From Chloroflexia bacterium (GTDB lineage Bacteria > Chloroflexota > Chloroflexia > Chloroheliales > Chloroheliaceae), in assembly GCA_038207495.1 (NCBI GenBank), contig JBBQZS010000012.1, forward strand, positions 41,699 through 105,698: 64,000 bases of DNA, written 5' to 3'. The position numbers and the translations under genes are program-made. Below the pieces are notes generated by a model. It was not told the DNA's origin, ran no database searches, and saw only the letters and a list, made by a program, of their open reading frames with translations. Position 1 is the first letter of the stretch, and each line of letters opens with the position of its first letter. Below, one piece after another: positions 19,945-29,837 of this stretch.

Positions 19945-22257
19945 ATGACCGACATACTTTCCGCACCAAACGGGCGGGTATCATCTGTAACCGAACGCTT
20001 TCCTGGCTTCACCAAGTTGCCGCCGCCCGAAACAATTCTAAAACGCGACGGACGCTTAGTGCCGTTTGACATAGAGCGCATCGAGAACGCCCTGGAACGC
20101 TGCTTTGATAGTTTTGGTCGCACGCCTGTAACCCCCGTGACGGAACTGGCCCAGCGCGTGGTCAACATCATGGTTGCCAAAGACCTTGACATGACGGTGG
20201 AAGGAGTCCAGGACATCGTTGAAATGGTGTTGCAAGCGGCGGGCGAATTTGAAGCCGCCAAACGCTACATTCTGTATCGGGCCGAACACGCCCGTAAGCG
20301 CGAACAACGCCCCGTGCCGGAAAGAGTGCGCGCCGCTTTCGCCGAGTCAGCCACCTATTTCCCAACGGTGTTGCAGCAGTTCCAGTTCTTTGATAAATAT
20401 GCCCGCTTTAACTACGAATTAGGTCGCCGCGAAACCTGGGTCGAAACCGTAGACCGCACAGTCAGCTTCTTGCACGAACTGGCCGGGCCACGCCTGGAAG
20501 CCGAAACCTACGAACGAGTCCGCCGGGGCATTCTGGAAATGAAAGTTATGCCCAGCATGCGGATGCTGGCGATGGCTGGCCCTGCCGCCCGTCGCAGCAA
20601 CATCACCATCTACAACTGCTCCTACCAGCCCGTAGACGGCATACAGTCGTTTGTAGAGGCTCTGATAATCTCGATGAGTGGCTGTGGAGTTGGTTTCTCG
20701 GTAGAGCGCGAATATATTGAAAACTTCCCGCGCATCCGTCGCCAGACCGGGCGAATGGCTCCTACCTACATCGTGCCAGACTCGGCGGAAGGTTGGTCTG
20801 ACGCTTTGCGCATGGGCCTGGAAACCTGGTTCGATGGTGGTGATATTCGGTTTGACCTTTCGCAACTACGGCCCGCCGGAGTACCGCTCCAGACCAAAGG
20901 TGGTCGGGCTTCCGGGCCGGAACCGCTACGGGCGATGCTGGAATTTGTGCGCTCCCGCTTGCTCTCCCGCCAGGGTACTTTCCTGCGCCCGATTGATGCT
21001 CACGACATTATGTGCATCGTTGGCAACGCCGCAGTATCGGGTGGCGTGCGCCGTACCGCCATGATTTCGCTATTTGATTATGATGATCTGGAAATGCGCC
21101 AATCCAAAAATGGCGACTTTGAACACGAAAACAGCCAGCGTTGGAATGCCAATAACTCGGCGGTCTGGCCCGAAGGTGGCCTGAGCCAGGTAGAAGTGGC
21201 ACAGCAGGTTCTGGATATGGTACAGTCTGGTCGGGGCGAACCCGGTATCTTCAATCGGCAAGCTGCCCTGGACATGGCTCCTGCTCGCCGCCAACTGTTG
21301 GACGAGAATGGCAAGAATATCAAGTTCGGTACAAATCCCTGTGGCGAAATAATTTTGAGGCCGTTCCAGTTCTGCAACCTGTCCGCCGCGATTGCCCGTC
21401 AGGAAGACACCCTCGAAAGCATGCGTGAGAAAATCGAACTGGCGACTATCATCGGCTCAATCCAGTCAATGGCGACCAATTTCCCCGGTTTGCGTCCGCA
21501 ATGGGCCAAGAACTGCCAGGACGAACGATTGCTTGGAGTTGACATAACTGGACAGTTGGACAGCCCAGCGGCTCAGAATGCTGAAATCAAGGCCGAGTTG
21601 CGTGGCTACGCAATTGAGGTTAACAAGGAAATCGCGGGCAAGCTGGTTATCAATCACTCCGCCTCGATCACCTGCGTCAAACCGAGTGGCAACACCTCCC
21701 AACTGGTGGACTGCTCCTCTGGTTTGCACGCGCGGTGGGCACCTTATTACATCCGCAACGTACGGGTGGCTACTCACTCGCCCCTGTTCAAAGTGCTAAA
21801 GGATGCTGGCGTGCCGATGGACCCCGAAAACGGTCAGACCGAGGAAAACGCTAATACCTATGTTATTCACTTCCCGGTCAAAGCCCCCGAAGGCGCGGTT
21901 ACTCGCAACGGACGCACCGCCATCGAGCAGTGCGATTACTGGCTGCAAAACAAGCTGCACTGGACGGAGCACAACCCATCGGTGACTATTACCTATCGCC
22001 CTGACGAAGTTTTGGGCTTGCTTAACTGGATCTGGGAACATCGCGGACAGCTTGGCGGCATGGCCTTCCTGCCGACCTTCGATGCTCAATATGCCCAGTT
22101 GCCCTACATTGAAATCACCAAAGAGGAGTTCGAGAAGCTGGCACCCCAGTTCCCCGAAGTGGATTTCTCCAAGCTCTATCGTTACGAGAGCGAGGATTTC
22201 ACCAAGGCCGCGCAGGAGTTAGCTTGCTCGGCGGGCACCTGCGAGATTGATATGTAG
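19945..22257 (+). CDS. nrdJ: class II (adenosylcobalamin-dependent) ribonucleotide reductase, monomeric type, with N-terminal ATP cone
   Basis: ILKRDGRLVPFD ATP cone; MPSMR, NCSY, GGRASGPEPL, VSGGVRRTAMI, TNPCGEI (thiyl Cys), KPSGNTS, C-terminal ACSAGTCE. Confidence 0.92.
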   Translation: MTDILSAPNGRVSSVTERFPGFTKLPPPETILKRDGRLVPFDIERIENALERCFDSFGRTPVTPVTELAQRVVNIMVAKDLDMTVEGVQDIVEMVLQAAGEFEAAKRYILYRAEHARKREQRPVPERVRAAFAESATYFPTVLQQFQFFDKYARFNYELGRRETWVETVDRTVSFLHELAGPRLEAETYERVRRGILEMKVMPSMRMLAMAGPAARRSNITIYNCSYQPVDGIQSFVEALIISMSGCGVGFSVEREYIENFPRIRRQTGRMAPTYIVPDSAEGWSDALRMGLETWFDGGDIRFDLSQLRPAGVPLQTKGGRASGPEPLRAMLEFVRSRLLSRQGTFLRPIDAHDIMCIVGNAAVSGGVRRTAMISLFDYDDLEMRQSKNGDFEHENSQRWNANNSAVWPEGGLSQVEVAQQVLDMVQSGRGEPGIFNRQAALDMAPARRQLLDENGKNIKFGTNPCGEIILRPFQFCNLSAAIARQEDTLESMREKIELATIIGSIQSMATNFPGLRPQWAKNCQDERLLGVDITGQLDSPAAQNAEIKAELRGYAIEVNKEIAGKLVINHSASITCVKPSGNTSQLVDCSSGLHARWAPYYIRNVRVATHSPLFKVLKDAGVPMDPENGQTEENANTYVIHFPVKAPEGAVTRNGRTAIEQCDYWLQNKLHWTEHNPSVTITYRPDEVLGLLNWIWEHRGQLGGMAFLPTFDAQYAQLPYIEITKEEFEKLAPQFPEVDFSKLYRYESEDFTKAAQELACSAGTCEIDM

Positions 22258-22305
22258 TTTTTTGGACTGACTTCCCTCCTTCCGCGCGGCCTTGATAGGC
22301 CATTC

Positions 22306-22346
22306 AGGGTCGCTACTTCTATCCAGTAGCGGCCCTTCATTATTTT
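22306..22346 (+). terminator. intrinsic terminator after nrdJ
   Basis: AGGGTCGCTACT / AGTAGCGGCCCT stem followed by a T-rich tail. Confidence 0.65.
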
Positions 22347-22485
22347 AGTTCACAATTATATTGTAGTTTTATTCACAGACTACTTAAGCTCATCGTGATA
22401 CCATAAACTCGCTATTGATAATAGTAAAATATGGGTACATAATTAAAGTATCTAAAACCAGGGTTTAAAATAGCGAGAAAGGAAA

Positions 22486-23121
22486 ATGCCATCAATGCAA
22501 CCACCTAACCAACAACCACCGCAAGGTCAACCCCCGCAATATCCTAACCAACCACCGATGCAGGGTCAACCCCCGCCATATCCTTACCAGCAACAACCGC
22601 AAGGTCAATACCCTTATCAACAACCCCCGCCGCAGGGTCAGTATCCCTATCAACAGCCGGGCTATCCCCCGACTCCCGCGCCCAAAAAGGGAGGGTTCCC
22701 GGTGTGGGGTTGGTTTGCCATTATCCTGGTGGTACTTCTCCTGTTAACTGGTGGTGGCTATCTTGTGACTTTTGGTTTTGGCGACCCCAGCATTAAAACT
22801 GCGGTAATGGCTAAAGGTTTCAAGGATAACAAAGCCGTAGATGAAACTAAGGTCTTTAGTCCGAAGGATAATCCCTTTAACTGTGTGGTAAATCTAACTA
22901 ACCCGAAGATTGATACTAAAGTAAAAGCGGTCTGGTTTGCGGTTGATGCTGATGGTGTTCAGAACAAGAAAATCCTGGACAAAGAGGTTACTACCGAGAA
23001 CCGGGAGTCAGTAATCCAGTTTACTCTAACCCTGCCCCAGGACTGGCCTGTTGGTAAATATAAGGTTGACCTTTATCTTAACAATAAGCTAGACCGAACC
23101 CTTGAGTTTAGTGTCAGCTAG
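22486..23121 (+). CDS. membrane protein with Pro/Gln/Tyr-rich N-terminus, one TM helix and a beta-rich C-terminal domain
   Basis: QPPPQGQ(Y)PY repeats; hydrophobic residues ~72-97; WPVGKYKVDLYLN. Confidence 0.7.
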   Translation: MPSMQPPNQQPPQGQPPQYPNQPPMQGQPPPYPYQQQPQGQYPYQQPPPQGQYPYQQPGYPPTPAPKKGGFPVWGWFAIILVVLLLLTGGGYLVTFGFGDPSIKTAVMAKGFKDNKAVDETKVFSPKDNPFNCVVNLTNPKIDTKVKAVWFAVDADGVQNKKILDKEVTTENRESVIQFTLTLPQDWPVGKYKVDLYLNNKLDRTLEFSVS

Positions 23122-23252
23122 GTATTAGGTAAAAAACCAAAATCTAGTCTTGTTGAGCGAAGTTGATTTCAAACCTCGCCCCAAACCGGGCGGTTCGCAA
23201 ACCGCCCCTACGAATTTCCCCTTGCTCTGATTTATGGAAGGTGGGCAGGGGG

Positions 23253-23663
23253 TTAGGTTTTCGAGGCTAGAACTTCCAAATAATGCGGGTTATACATTAT
23301 GCCCAGGATGTTGCCGAAAGGGTCAGCTACCGAAGCAGTGATGAAACCGCCACCCCGCTCTCGGATAGATTCAAGCTGTTTCGCCCCCACCGCTAGTAAT
23401 CGGTCAAAGGTTGCGTTTACATCGTCCACATGCCAGTACAATATCGCGCCGCCAGGACTGCCCGTGGCGAAGTTTGGCGCGTACTTGCTATCAATCAGAC
23501 CCAACTCTTGTTGGTAGTCACCCAGGCGAAATTCGGCATAGCCGGGGCGTTCAAAGTAGGGTTTAATACCCAGCAATTCCGTATACCACTTTTTTGCTGC
23601 TTCATGGTCAGCCGCGAAAAAACTAATAGTGGCAACTCCTCGTAACATCGGTATATCAGCCAT
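23253..23663 (-). CDS. VOC/glyoxalase family protein
   Basis: AKKWYTELLG, ILYWHVDDV, VADPFGNILGI; ATG at 23663 with AGGAGG RBS. Confidence 0.85.
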   Translation of the reverse strand: MADIPMLRGVATISFFAADHEAAKKWYTELLGIKPYFERPGYAEFRLGDYQQELGLIDSKYAPNFATGSPGGAILYWHVDDVNATFDRLLAVGAKQLESIRERGGGFITASVADPFGNILGIMYNPHYLEVLASKT

Positions 23664-23722
23664 AACAGGATGCCTCCTTGTTAACAATTCCTACACTCAG
23701 CTAACAATGGGTTGTTAGCTTC

Positions 23723-24679
23723 TTACCACCAGAGTTTTTGCTCCATTTCCTCTTCTAGCGAATCCATATCTTTGGTGAAAAGGCCCGCGCTCAAGTATTT
23801 CCAGCCACCCTCCGCCAGCAGCACCACTACTTTGCCAGATTTACCCGCCGCGCCCCATTCTTTGGCAACTCGCATCGCCCCGTAAACCGCCGCGCCGCAA
23901 GATACGCCAGCGAAAATTCCGGTTCTTTCCAGCAAGACCCGTTGACTTAAGACCGATTGGGCGTTGGTGACCACTAACTTGCGGTCAAGGCGGGTCAGGT
24001 CAATAATTGGAGGGACATATCCCCCTTCCAGATTGCGCAAACCCTGCACCACCTCGCCCATCATTGGCTCAACTGCCACAATCTGGATATCGGGGTTCTG
24101 CTCCTTGAGGAAGCGGCTCATGCCCATCAGCGTGCCGCCCGTGCCTAGTCCGGCAACGAATGCCGAGATGTCGGGCAGGTCGCGGTATATTTCTGGGCCG
24201 GTGGTAGTGTAGTGGGCGTTGGGGTTGGCGGGGTTAGCGTACTGAAAAGGCATAAAATATTTGGGGTCTTTGGCTCCCATTTCCAGAGCCAGTTCTACCG
24301 AGCCGTTGCTGCCCTTGCTGCCGTCACTCAGCACCACCTCCGCCCCGTAAAGTTCCAGCAGTTGCCGCCGCTCCATCGTAAAGCTGTCGGGCATAACCAC
24401 CGTAACCTTGTAACCCTTGAGGCTGCCAATCATCGCCAGGGCAATCCCGGTATTACCGCTGCTCGGCTCTAGAATATGTTGTCCGCTACCGGGTTTTAAT
24501 TTGCCTTCGCGCTCGGCGGCTTCAATCATAGCCAGGGCGATGCGGTCCTTGACACTGCCAGTGGGGTTTTGCCCTTCCAGTTTGGCGTAAATCCGCACCA
24601 GGTCGGGGTAGGGGCTGAGTTCGCTTATTTCTACCAACGGCGTATTACCAATTGCCGCCAGTAAGCTAGGGTATAACAT
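23723..24679 (-). CDS. cysM: PLP-dependent cysteine synthase, CysM/O-phosphoserine sulfhydrylase type
   Basis: IGNTPLV, NPTGSVKDRIA (PLP Lys), SSGNTG, GLGTGGT; downstream of a sulfur-carrier gene. Confidence 0.9.
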   Translation of the reverse strand: MLYPSLLAAIGNTPLVEISELSPYPDLVRIYAKLEGQNPTGSVKDRIALAMIEAAEREGKLKPGSGQHILEPSSGNTGIALAMIGSLKGYKVTVVMPDSFTMERRQLLELYGAEVVLSDGSKGSNGSVELALEMGAKDPKYFMPFQYANPANPNAHYTTTGPEIYRDLPDISAFVAGLGTGGTLMGMSRFLKEQNPDIQIVAVEPMMGEVVQGLRNLEGGYVPPIIDLTRLDRKLVVTNAQSVLSQRVLLERTGIFAGVSCGAAVYGAMRVAKEWGAAGKSGKVVVLLAEGGWKYLSAGLFTKDMDSLEEEMEQKLWW

Positions 24680-24740
24680 TGGACGACCTAACCCCCTAGC
24701 CCCCTTCCCTACATCTCGGAAGGGGGAACTAATTTCTAAC

Positions 24741-25016
24741 CTACTTGCCGCCGCTCATGGCAGGCAGAATTACAATCGTATCGCTGGTGGCAACGGGCGT
24801 GACCAGACCTTGCAGGTAGCGTACATCCTCATCATTCAGGTAGATGTTAACGAAGCGGGCAATCTGTCCATCTTCAGTCAAAAGCTGGGTTTTAATCGAA
24901 GGATACTGGCGGTCTAAAGCGTCCAGCACTTCGCCAATAGTCTGGCCTTCGGCTTTTACTTCTTTGACTCCACCCGAAAGTTTACGCAACACCGGCGGCA
25001 ATTTTACGGTACTCAT
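24741..25016 (-). CDS. cysO: ubiquitin-like sulfur carrier (CysO/MoaD family) ending GG-K
   Basis: VKLPPVLR...FVNIYLNDEDVRYLQGLVTPV...ILPAMSGGK-stop. Confidence 0.85.
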   Translation of the reverse strand: MSTVKLPPVLRKLSGGVKEVKAEGQTIGEVLDALDRQYPSIKTQLLTEDGQIARFVNIYLNDEDVRYLQGLVTPVATSDTIVILPAMSGGK

Positions 25017-25099
25017 TTATTAACTCATCTCCCTGGCTCTCTTCCCCAGACAGGCACAAGGCCAGTCCCTACGCAGGAAAGGGGAACGATATATATATT

Positions 25100-26284
25100 T
25101 TAGGCTATCCGGCAAGCGGGAATAAGCACATCACCCCGCTTGTGCTGCTCAATCAGGTCATCAATATCGGCATGCTCACCACAGGCCACGCAATGCGGGT
25201 CACGCCGCAGCTTGAGTTCGGTAAACTCGGCTTCCAGGGCATCAAACAACAGGAATCGCCCTGCCAGACTGTTGCCAATCCCCAGAACCTGCTTGATGGC
25301 CTCGTTAGCTTGCAACAGCCCAATAACGCCCGGTAAAACCCCCAACACGCCCGCTTCGGAGCAGTTGGGAGCCATTGCCGCTGGTGGTGGGTCGGAATAG
25401 ATACAGCGATAGCAAGGGCCGTCGTAGGGTAGCAGGGTGGTTAATTGCCCGTCAAACGAAAGGATACTGGCGTGGATAACGGGCTTTCGATATTTCACTG
25501 CAAAGTCATTGACCAGATAGCGCGTCTCAAAATTATCGGTGCCATCCACCACCAAATCGTATTCCGGCAGAATGCGTTCGATGTTTTCGGCGGTCAGCCG
25601 TTCTTTGTAGACCACTACATTCACATCAGGGTTCAGCCCGGCAATGGCTTTAGCGGCACTGTCAGCCTTGTACTGCCCAATCCGATCCATCGTATGGATA
25701 ATCTGACGCTGCAAATTGCTTTCTTCCACCTGGTCGTTATCAATAATGCCAAGCGTGCCAATCCCGGCGGCAGCTAGATAAAAGGCGTTCGGTGCGCCCA
25801 ACCCACCCGCGCCAATCAACAGCACTTTGGCGGCCAGCAACTTTAACTGTCCGGCCTCGCCCACTTCCGGCACTAAAATATGGCGGCTGTAGCGCGATTG
25901 TTGGGCATTAGTCAGGGTTTGGGGTTTGACGGTCTTGAACCCGGCATTTTTCCAGCCGTTATAACCCCCTGCCAACGATACCACGTCGTTATAACCCATC
26001 TCGTGCAGGGTTTTGGTGGCGAAGACGCTCCGTACTCCCCCGGCACAATAAACCACTAACGGGGTATTTTTGTCAGGCACAGTTTCTTCAATCCGGCTTT
26101 CCAGGAAACCGCGCGGCACATGAGTCGCACCTGGAATATAGCCATCATCCCATTCGTATTTTTCGCGCACATCAATCAGACGAACCGCTCGATTATTACA
26201 CAATAGGTCGTCGGCCTGGGTGGCATTAGTTTCCATTATTTCGTTTTTGGTCTGTTTTAACAGCTTATTATAAGTTTCGCCCAT
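25100..26284 (-). CDS. moeB: rhodanese + ThiF/MoeB adenylyltransferase (MoeZ-like)
   Basis: Rhodanese VVYCAGGVRS; RYSRHIL, GAGGLG, SNLQRQ, DGTDNF, PCYRC, CSEAGVLG. Confidence 0.92.
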   Translation of the reverse strand: MGETYNKLLKQTKNEIMETNATQADDLLCNNRAVRLIDVREKYEWDDGYIPGATHVPRGFLESRIEETVPDKNTPLVVYCAGGVRSVFATKTLHEMGYNDVVSLAGGYNGWKNAGFKTVKPQTLTNAQQSRYSRHILVPEVGEAGQLKLLAAKVLLIGAGGLGAPNAFYLAAAGIGTLGIIDNDQVEESNLQRQIIHTMDRIGQYKADSAAKAIAGLNPDVNVVVYKERLTAENIERILPEYDLVVDGTDNFETRYLVNDFAVKYRKPVIHASILSFDGQLTTLLPYDGPCYRCIYSDPPPAAMAPNCSEAGVLGVLPGVIGLLQANEAIKQVLGIGNSLAGRFLLFDALEAEFTELKLRRDPHCVACGEHADIDDLIEQHKRGDVLIPACRIA

Positions 26285-26534
26285 TTTTTTATCCCTCGAA
26301 AGGCATTACTATTTATTAAGGCTATTTGCTTTATTGTCTATTAAGTAAGTCAGGATTGTAGGGCTAATGATAACATTTGAGTAGGGCTATGTCAAGGAAG
26401 GATGGGGGTTGGGGAATTTCGTAGGGGCGGGGGAAATCTAAAATCGAATATCTAAAATCGGGAAATTCGTAGGGGGGTTCGTGAACCGCCCGGCATTAAT
26501 ACTTCCCTACCAACAGACCTCCTTTAATCAGGGT

Positions 26535-26981
26535 TTATTTTTTGGCTCGGCGTTTGGCATATTGCTTGACGTCCTGGGCATAAGCCTCCGCCAGTAGCGG
26601 CTTTACCACCTCCTCAAAAGTGGCTGGGCTGGGGTTCAAAATGCAGACCCAATACATCCGTCCATAAACGGGGTGGGGCATTAATTTATCCAGGGCGGTA
26701 AAATCATATTTGCTATCCAACCCCTTGCTGGCCTCGGACTGTGCGTAGATTTTGTCAAACAGGGAGAGGAAGGTTTGTTTGCTGATGCCCATATTCAGGC
26801 GGAAAACGTCAGGGCGATTGAGGTTTGAAAGTTGGTCGTACTCATCATCTTTGGTAACGATGGTGGCGAAGGTAAACTTTCGGTCATGGTCATAGAAAAA
26901 GAAGGTACTGTCGGGGGTGATGTGCGTATGGATGTCAGCGAAGGTGTCATTGATATATTGGGTAATTGTGTCCTGGTTCAT
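26535..26981 (-). CDS. DUF6194-like hypothetical protein
   Basis: FATIVTKDD..D..SNLNRPDVFRLNMG...LMPHPVYG..YWVCILNPS. Confidence 0.65.
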   Translation of the reverse strand: MNQDTITQYINDTFADIHTHITPDSTFFFYDHDRKFTFATIVTKDDEYDQLSNLNRPDVFRLNMGISKQTFLSLFDKIYAQSEASKGLDSKYDFTALDKLMPHPVYGRMYWVCILNPSPATFEEVVKPLLAEAYAQDVKQYAKRRAKK

Positions 26982-27216
26982 GTTTTGTAATCCTTTCTAA
27001 TTGATATTTTTCACCTTGTGGAATACCCTTGCTGTTAAACTAGAGTTTTGGGTGCTGCGGACGGGGTGTTTATGCTGGTCAGTTTTTTTCTGGATTACAA
27101 GGAGAGCCATTTTACTCTGCGGCAAAAATGGTGTCAAGGGTCGCCCCTGAGAATTGGTGATACGGGCGGTTCGTGAGCCACCCCTCCATATAAACAGGCT
27201 GGCCCAACCCCTGATT

Positions 27217-27813
27217 TCAGCTTTTGTGGAAGATAAGGGCGACCAGGCTGCCGTCCGGTTTGAGTTGGCGGGTTAGCTCCTGAGCGGTGGAGGGGCTGAA
27301 AATGCTCTCCAGCACCGCCGCACTTACCACCACCAGAATAACCTCCCGCTTGCCCGCTGCGGTATAGCCGAGGGCGAAAGTTTGTTCGTTGGAGAAAAAT
27401 TGGTCAAGAGTATCGGGAATATAGCCCGCCGCCAGCAATACCGCCTCGGTAGTTTTGGCGGTATCGTCCCAATCATGGCTGGAGCGATAGAATTGCCCGG
27501 TATGAAATGCGCCGTTGCCCTTGGTGAGCTTGTCTACAATTTCGTTTTCGGTAAGGGGGTCGAAAACCGCCTCGTCCAAACCCTGGGTGGTCGGCAGGTA
27601 GAGGCCGTTGACTGGAGTGAGACGGGAGGCCGGGGCTGGGCTGGGGAGCGGGGATTCGCCACAGGCCGTTAGGAGCAGGAATAGGACCAGCAGCAATAGA
27701 AGGTGGTTGTCGGTCGTCGGTCGTCGGTTGTCTGGGGAAATGCGTAGGGGCGATTCGAGAGCCGCCCGATGCTGGATTTTGGTTTTCGATTCAAGAGATT
27801 TGGGTAGTGCCAT
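27217..27813 (-). CDS. lipoprotein; N-terminal extension built from repeat DNA
   Basis: LLLTAC lipobox; upstream codons overlap a GTAG palindrome and heptamer repeats; start uncertain. Confidence 0.6.
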   Translation of the reverse strand: MALPKSLESKTKIQHRAALESPLRISPDNRRPTTDNHLLLLLVLFLLLTACGESPLPSPAPASRLTPVNGLYLPTTQGLDEAVFDPLTENEIVDKLTKGNGAFHTGQFYRSSHDWDDTAKTTEAVLLAAGYIPDTLDQFFSNEQTFALGYTAAGKREVILVVVSAAVLESIFSPSTAQELTRQLKPDGSLVALIFHKS

Positions 27814-28142
27814 CTTTTAACCTGCCCTTTCCCCGGTGCAATTCCACAAAAAGTCTTGTGCAAGGGATGTTTGACCTATTCCTCAACTCCGCAGGCGGGC
27901 TGGGTGTTAGGTTGGTGTAATAGACAACAACTCTCTTGTTTTTGCACTGAAAATATAGTCCAGAATAAACAGGATAGCCGAGCTTGTCAACTTATCTGCT
28001 CTTCCGTAGTTCAAGTTTTATTTCGTTCGATTTTTTAATAATTTTGTAATCTGAAATGTAAGGTATTTGTATTAAAATTTGGGTTGATAGTAGGGGTTAT
28101 TAGGGTTCAAAGGAATATATTAGATTCTCGCAGGGATAATAA

Positions 28143-29717
28143 ATGAATACTTCCATCAGTGAATTGGCTGGCAAGCGGCAGTTCGAGAGTGGTACAGATT
28201 TTGAACAGGCCGATTATCAGCGCAAATTGCGGCTCCTCAAGATTTATAGCCTGATTTTAGTAGGTTTTGAGCTTTTTTTCTTTACATTTTCGTTTCTTGT
28301 CACCACCATTATGTATTCCCGGCAGGGAGCTTATTACAATTATATTTTTCATGGTGGACTGTTGATAAGCGCGATTGGCAGCTATTATCTGGCGCGGCAG
28401 GGGCGATTGCTGGTAGGGGCCTGGCTGTTAATCGGGGCTGAGTTTATTTTTGTGACCTATATTGACTATTCGGTGGGAATGTTGACCGCGCTGATGGTCA
28501 CTTATATGCTGGTGATTGTGCTGGCGGTGGCTCTGCTAAATACCCGCTCGACCCTCTGGCTGATTGCGGGCGGGATGATGATGTGCGCTTTTTTGAATCT
28601 TGGGCAGAATTTCTTCAAGTTTTATACCCCAAGTGGCCTTTCACTGGAGTCGGCCCGCCCGGTGATACTGCTATTTGTAGATTTGGTGCTTGCGCCGCTA
28701 ATTCTGGTGCTGGTGATTGTGCCGAACCGCAGCCAGACCCGCTTATTAAAGATGCAAAATGAAAATTTGCGAGCGGCTCTGGAAGAATTGAAAAGTCGGC
28801 AGGGCACTAGCCAGCAGGTGGGGCAGGAGGTATTGCGGCAAGCCTCACAGTTGAACGCTACCGCCAGTCAGCAGAGTAGCGGCAGTCAGGAGCAGTTGGC
28901 TAATATTACCCAGATTAATGCTTCGGTGAGCGAGCTTTCGCTTACGGCCCGGAATATTGCCAATTTGTCGGGGCAGGTGACGGAGTTGGTGAGTAAGGCG
29001 GCGGATAACGGCCAGGAAATTGAAGCTACCGCCGCCAAAGTGGTGGATTATGGGGCGCAATGCCTGCATGGGGTGGAGGAAAATATCACTAACACCGAGG
29101 ATGCGGCGGCCTTGTATCAGGAAATGCTGGAAATTATGGTGGATTTGAAGCAGAAGAATGCCAATATGCGGCTGATTCTGGTGGTTTTGAGTGATATTGC
29201 TGGAACGACACATCTTTTGGCTCTTAACGCGGCGATTGAAGCGGCAGGGGCGGGGGAATATGGCGAACGTTTTGGGGTAGTTGCGCAGGAGGTTAAGGCT
29301 CTGGCCCAGCGCAGTGCGGGGGCTAGTAAAGAGGTGGTAGAGATTATTGAGGAGATTGAGGGAACGACACAATCGGCGATAGCGGCGGCGGAGATTGGTT
29401 TTGGGAAGGTCAAGACCATTGGGGTGCAGGCCGGAATCAACGCCCGGATTATTAAGGAGATGCAGGAGTTCAGTCGGCAGTCACAGTCGCAGGTGGAGTT
29501 GATTAGTGGCTCGGTGGACGAGGTGAAGGTTTTAACTGAGTCTATTCGGACTTCGACCTCGCAGCAGTTTTATTTTAGTCAGCAGGTGTTGGTAGCCCTG
29601 AAGGAATTAGGCGTGGTGGCGCAACAGCAGACGGCGGGCAGTCGCCTGGTGGCCCAAACGGCGGTTAGCCTGGAGCAGTTGTCGGAAGATTTGAGCCGAA
29701 GTCTAAGGGAAGGATGA
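28143..29717 (+). CDS. methyl-accepting chemotaxis protein, multi-TM N-terminus
   Basis: [32 protein letters not shown] hairpin tip. Confidence 0.9.
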   Translation: MNTSISELAGKRQFESGTDFEQADYQRKLRLLKIYSLILVGFELFFFTFSFLVTTIMYSRQGAYYNYIFHGGLLISAIGSYYLARQGRLLVGAWLLIGAEFIFVTYIDYSVGMLTALMVTYMLVIVLAVALLNTRSTLWLIAGGMMMCAFLNLGQNFFKFYTPSGLSLESARPVILLFVDLVLAPLILVLVIVPNRSQTRLLKMQNENLRAALEELKSRQGTSQQVGQEVLRQASQLNATASQQSSGSQEQLANITQINASVSELSLTARNIANLSGQVTELVSKAADNGQEIEATAAKVVDYGAQCLHGVEENITNTEDAAALYQEMLEIMVDLKQKNANMRLILVVLSDIAGTTHLLALNAAIEAAGAGEYGERFGVVAQEVKALAQRSAGASKEVVEIIEEIEGTTQSAIAAAEIGFGKVKTIGVQAGINARIIKEMQEFSRQSQSQVELISGSVDEVKVLTESIRTSTSQQFYFSQQVLVALKELGVVAQQQTAGSRLVAQTAVSLEQLSEDLSRSLREG

Positions 29718-29837
29718 AGAATGAAAACAGCAATTGCGTAGGGGACAGATTGGTCTGCCCCGGCGAGTTTCCCTTCTCCCCCAACCCCGTCTCATATCAC
29801 CTCTTTCTCATCCTACCCCATCACCTTCACCCCCGAT

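Noticed and set aside
22486-22690. Internal repeats at the start of the 211-aa membrane protein as a mobile or VNTR element
   Set aside because: They are in-frame Pro/Gln/Tyr low-complexity coding repeats with synonymous variation.
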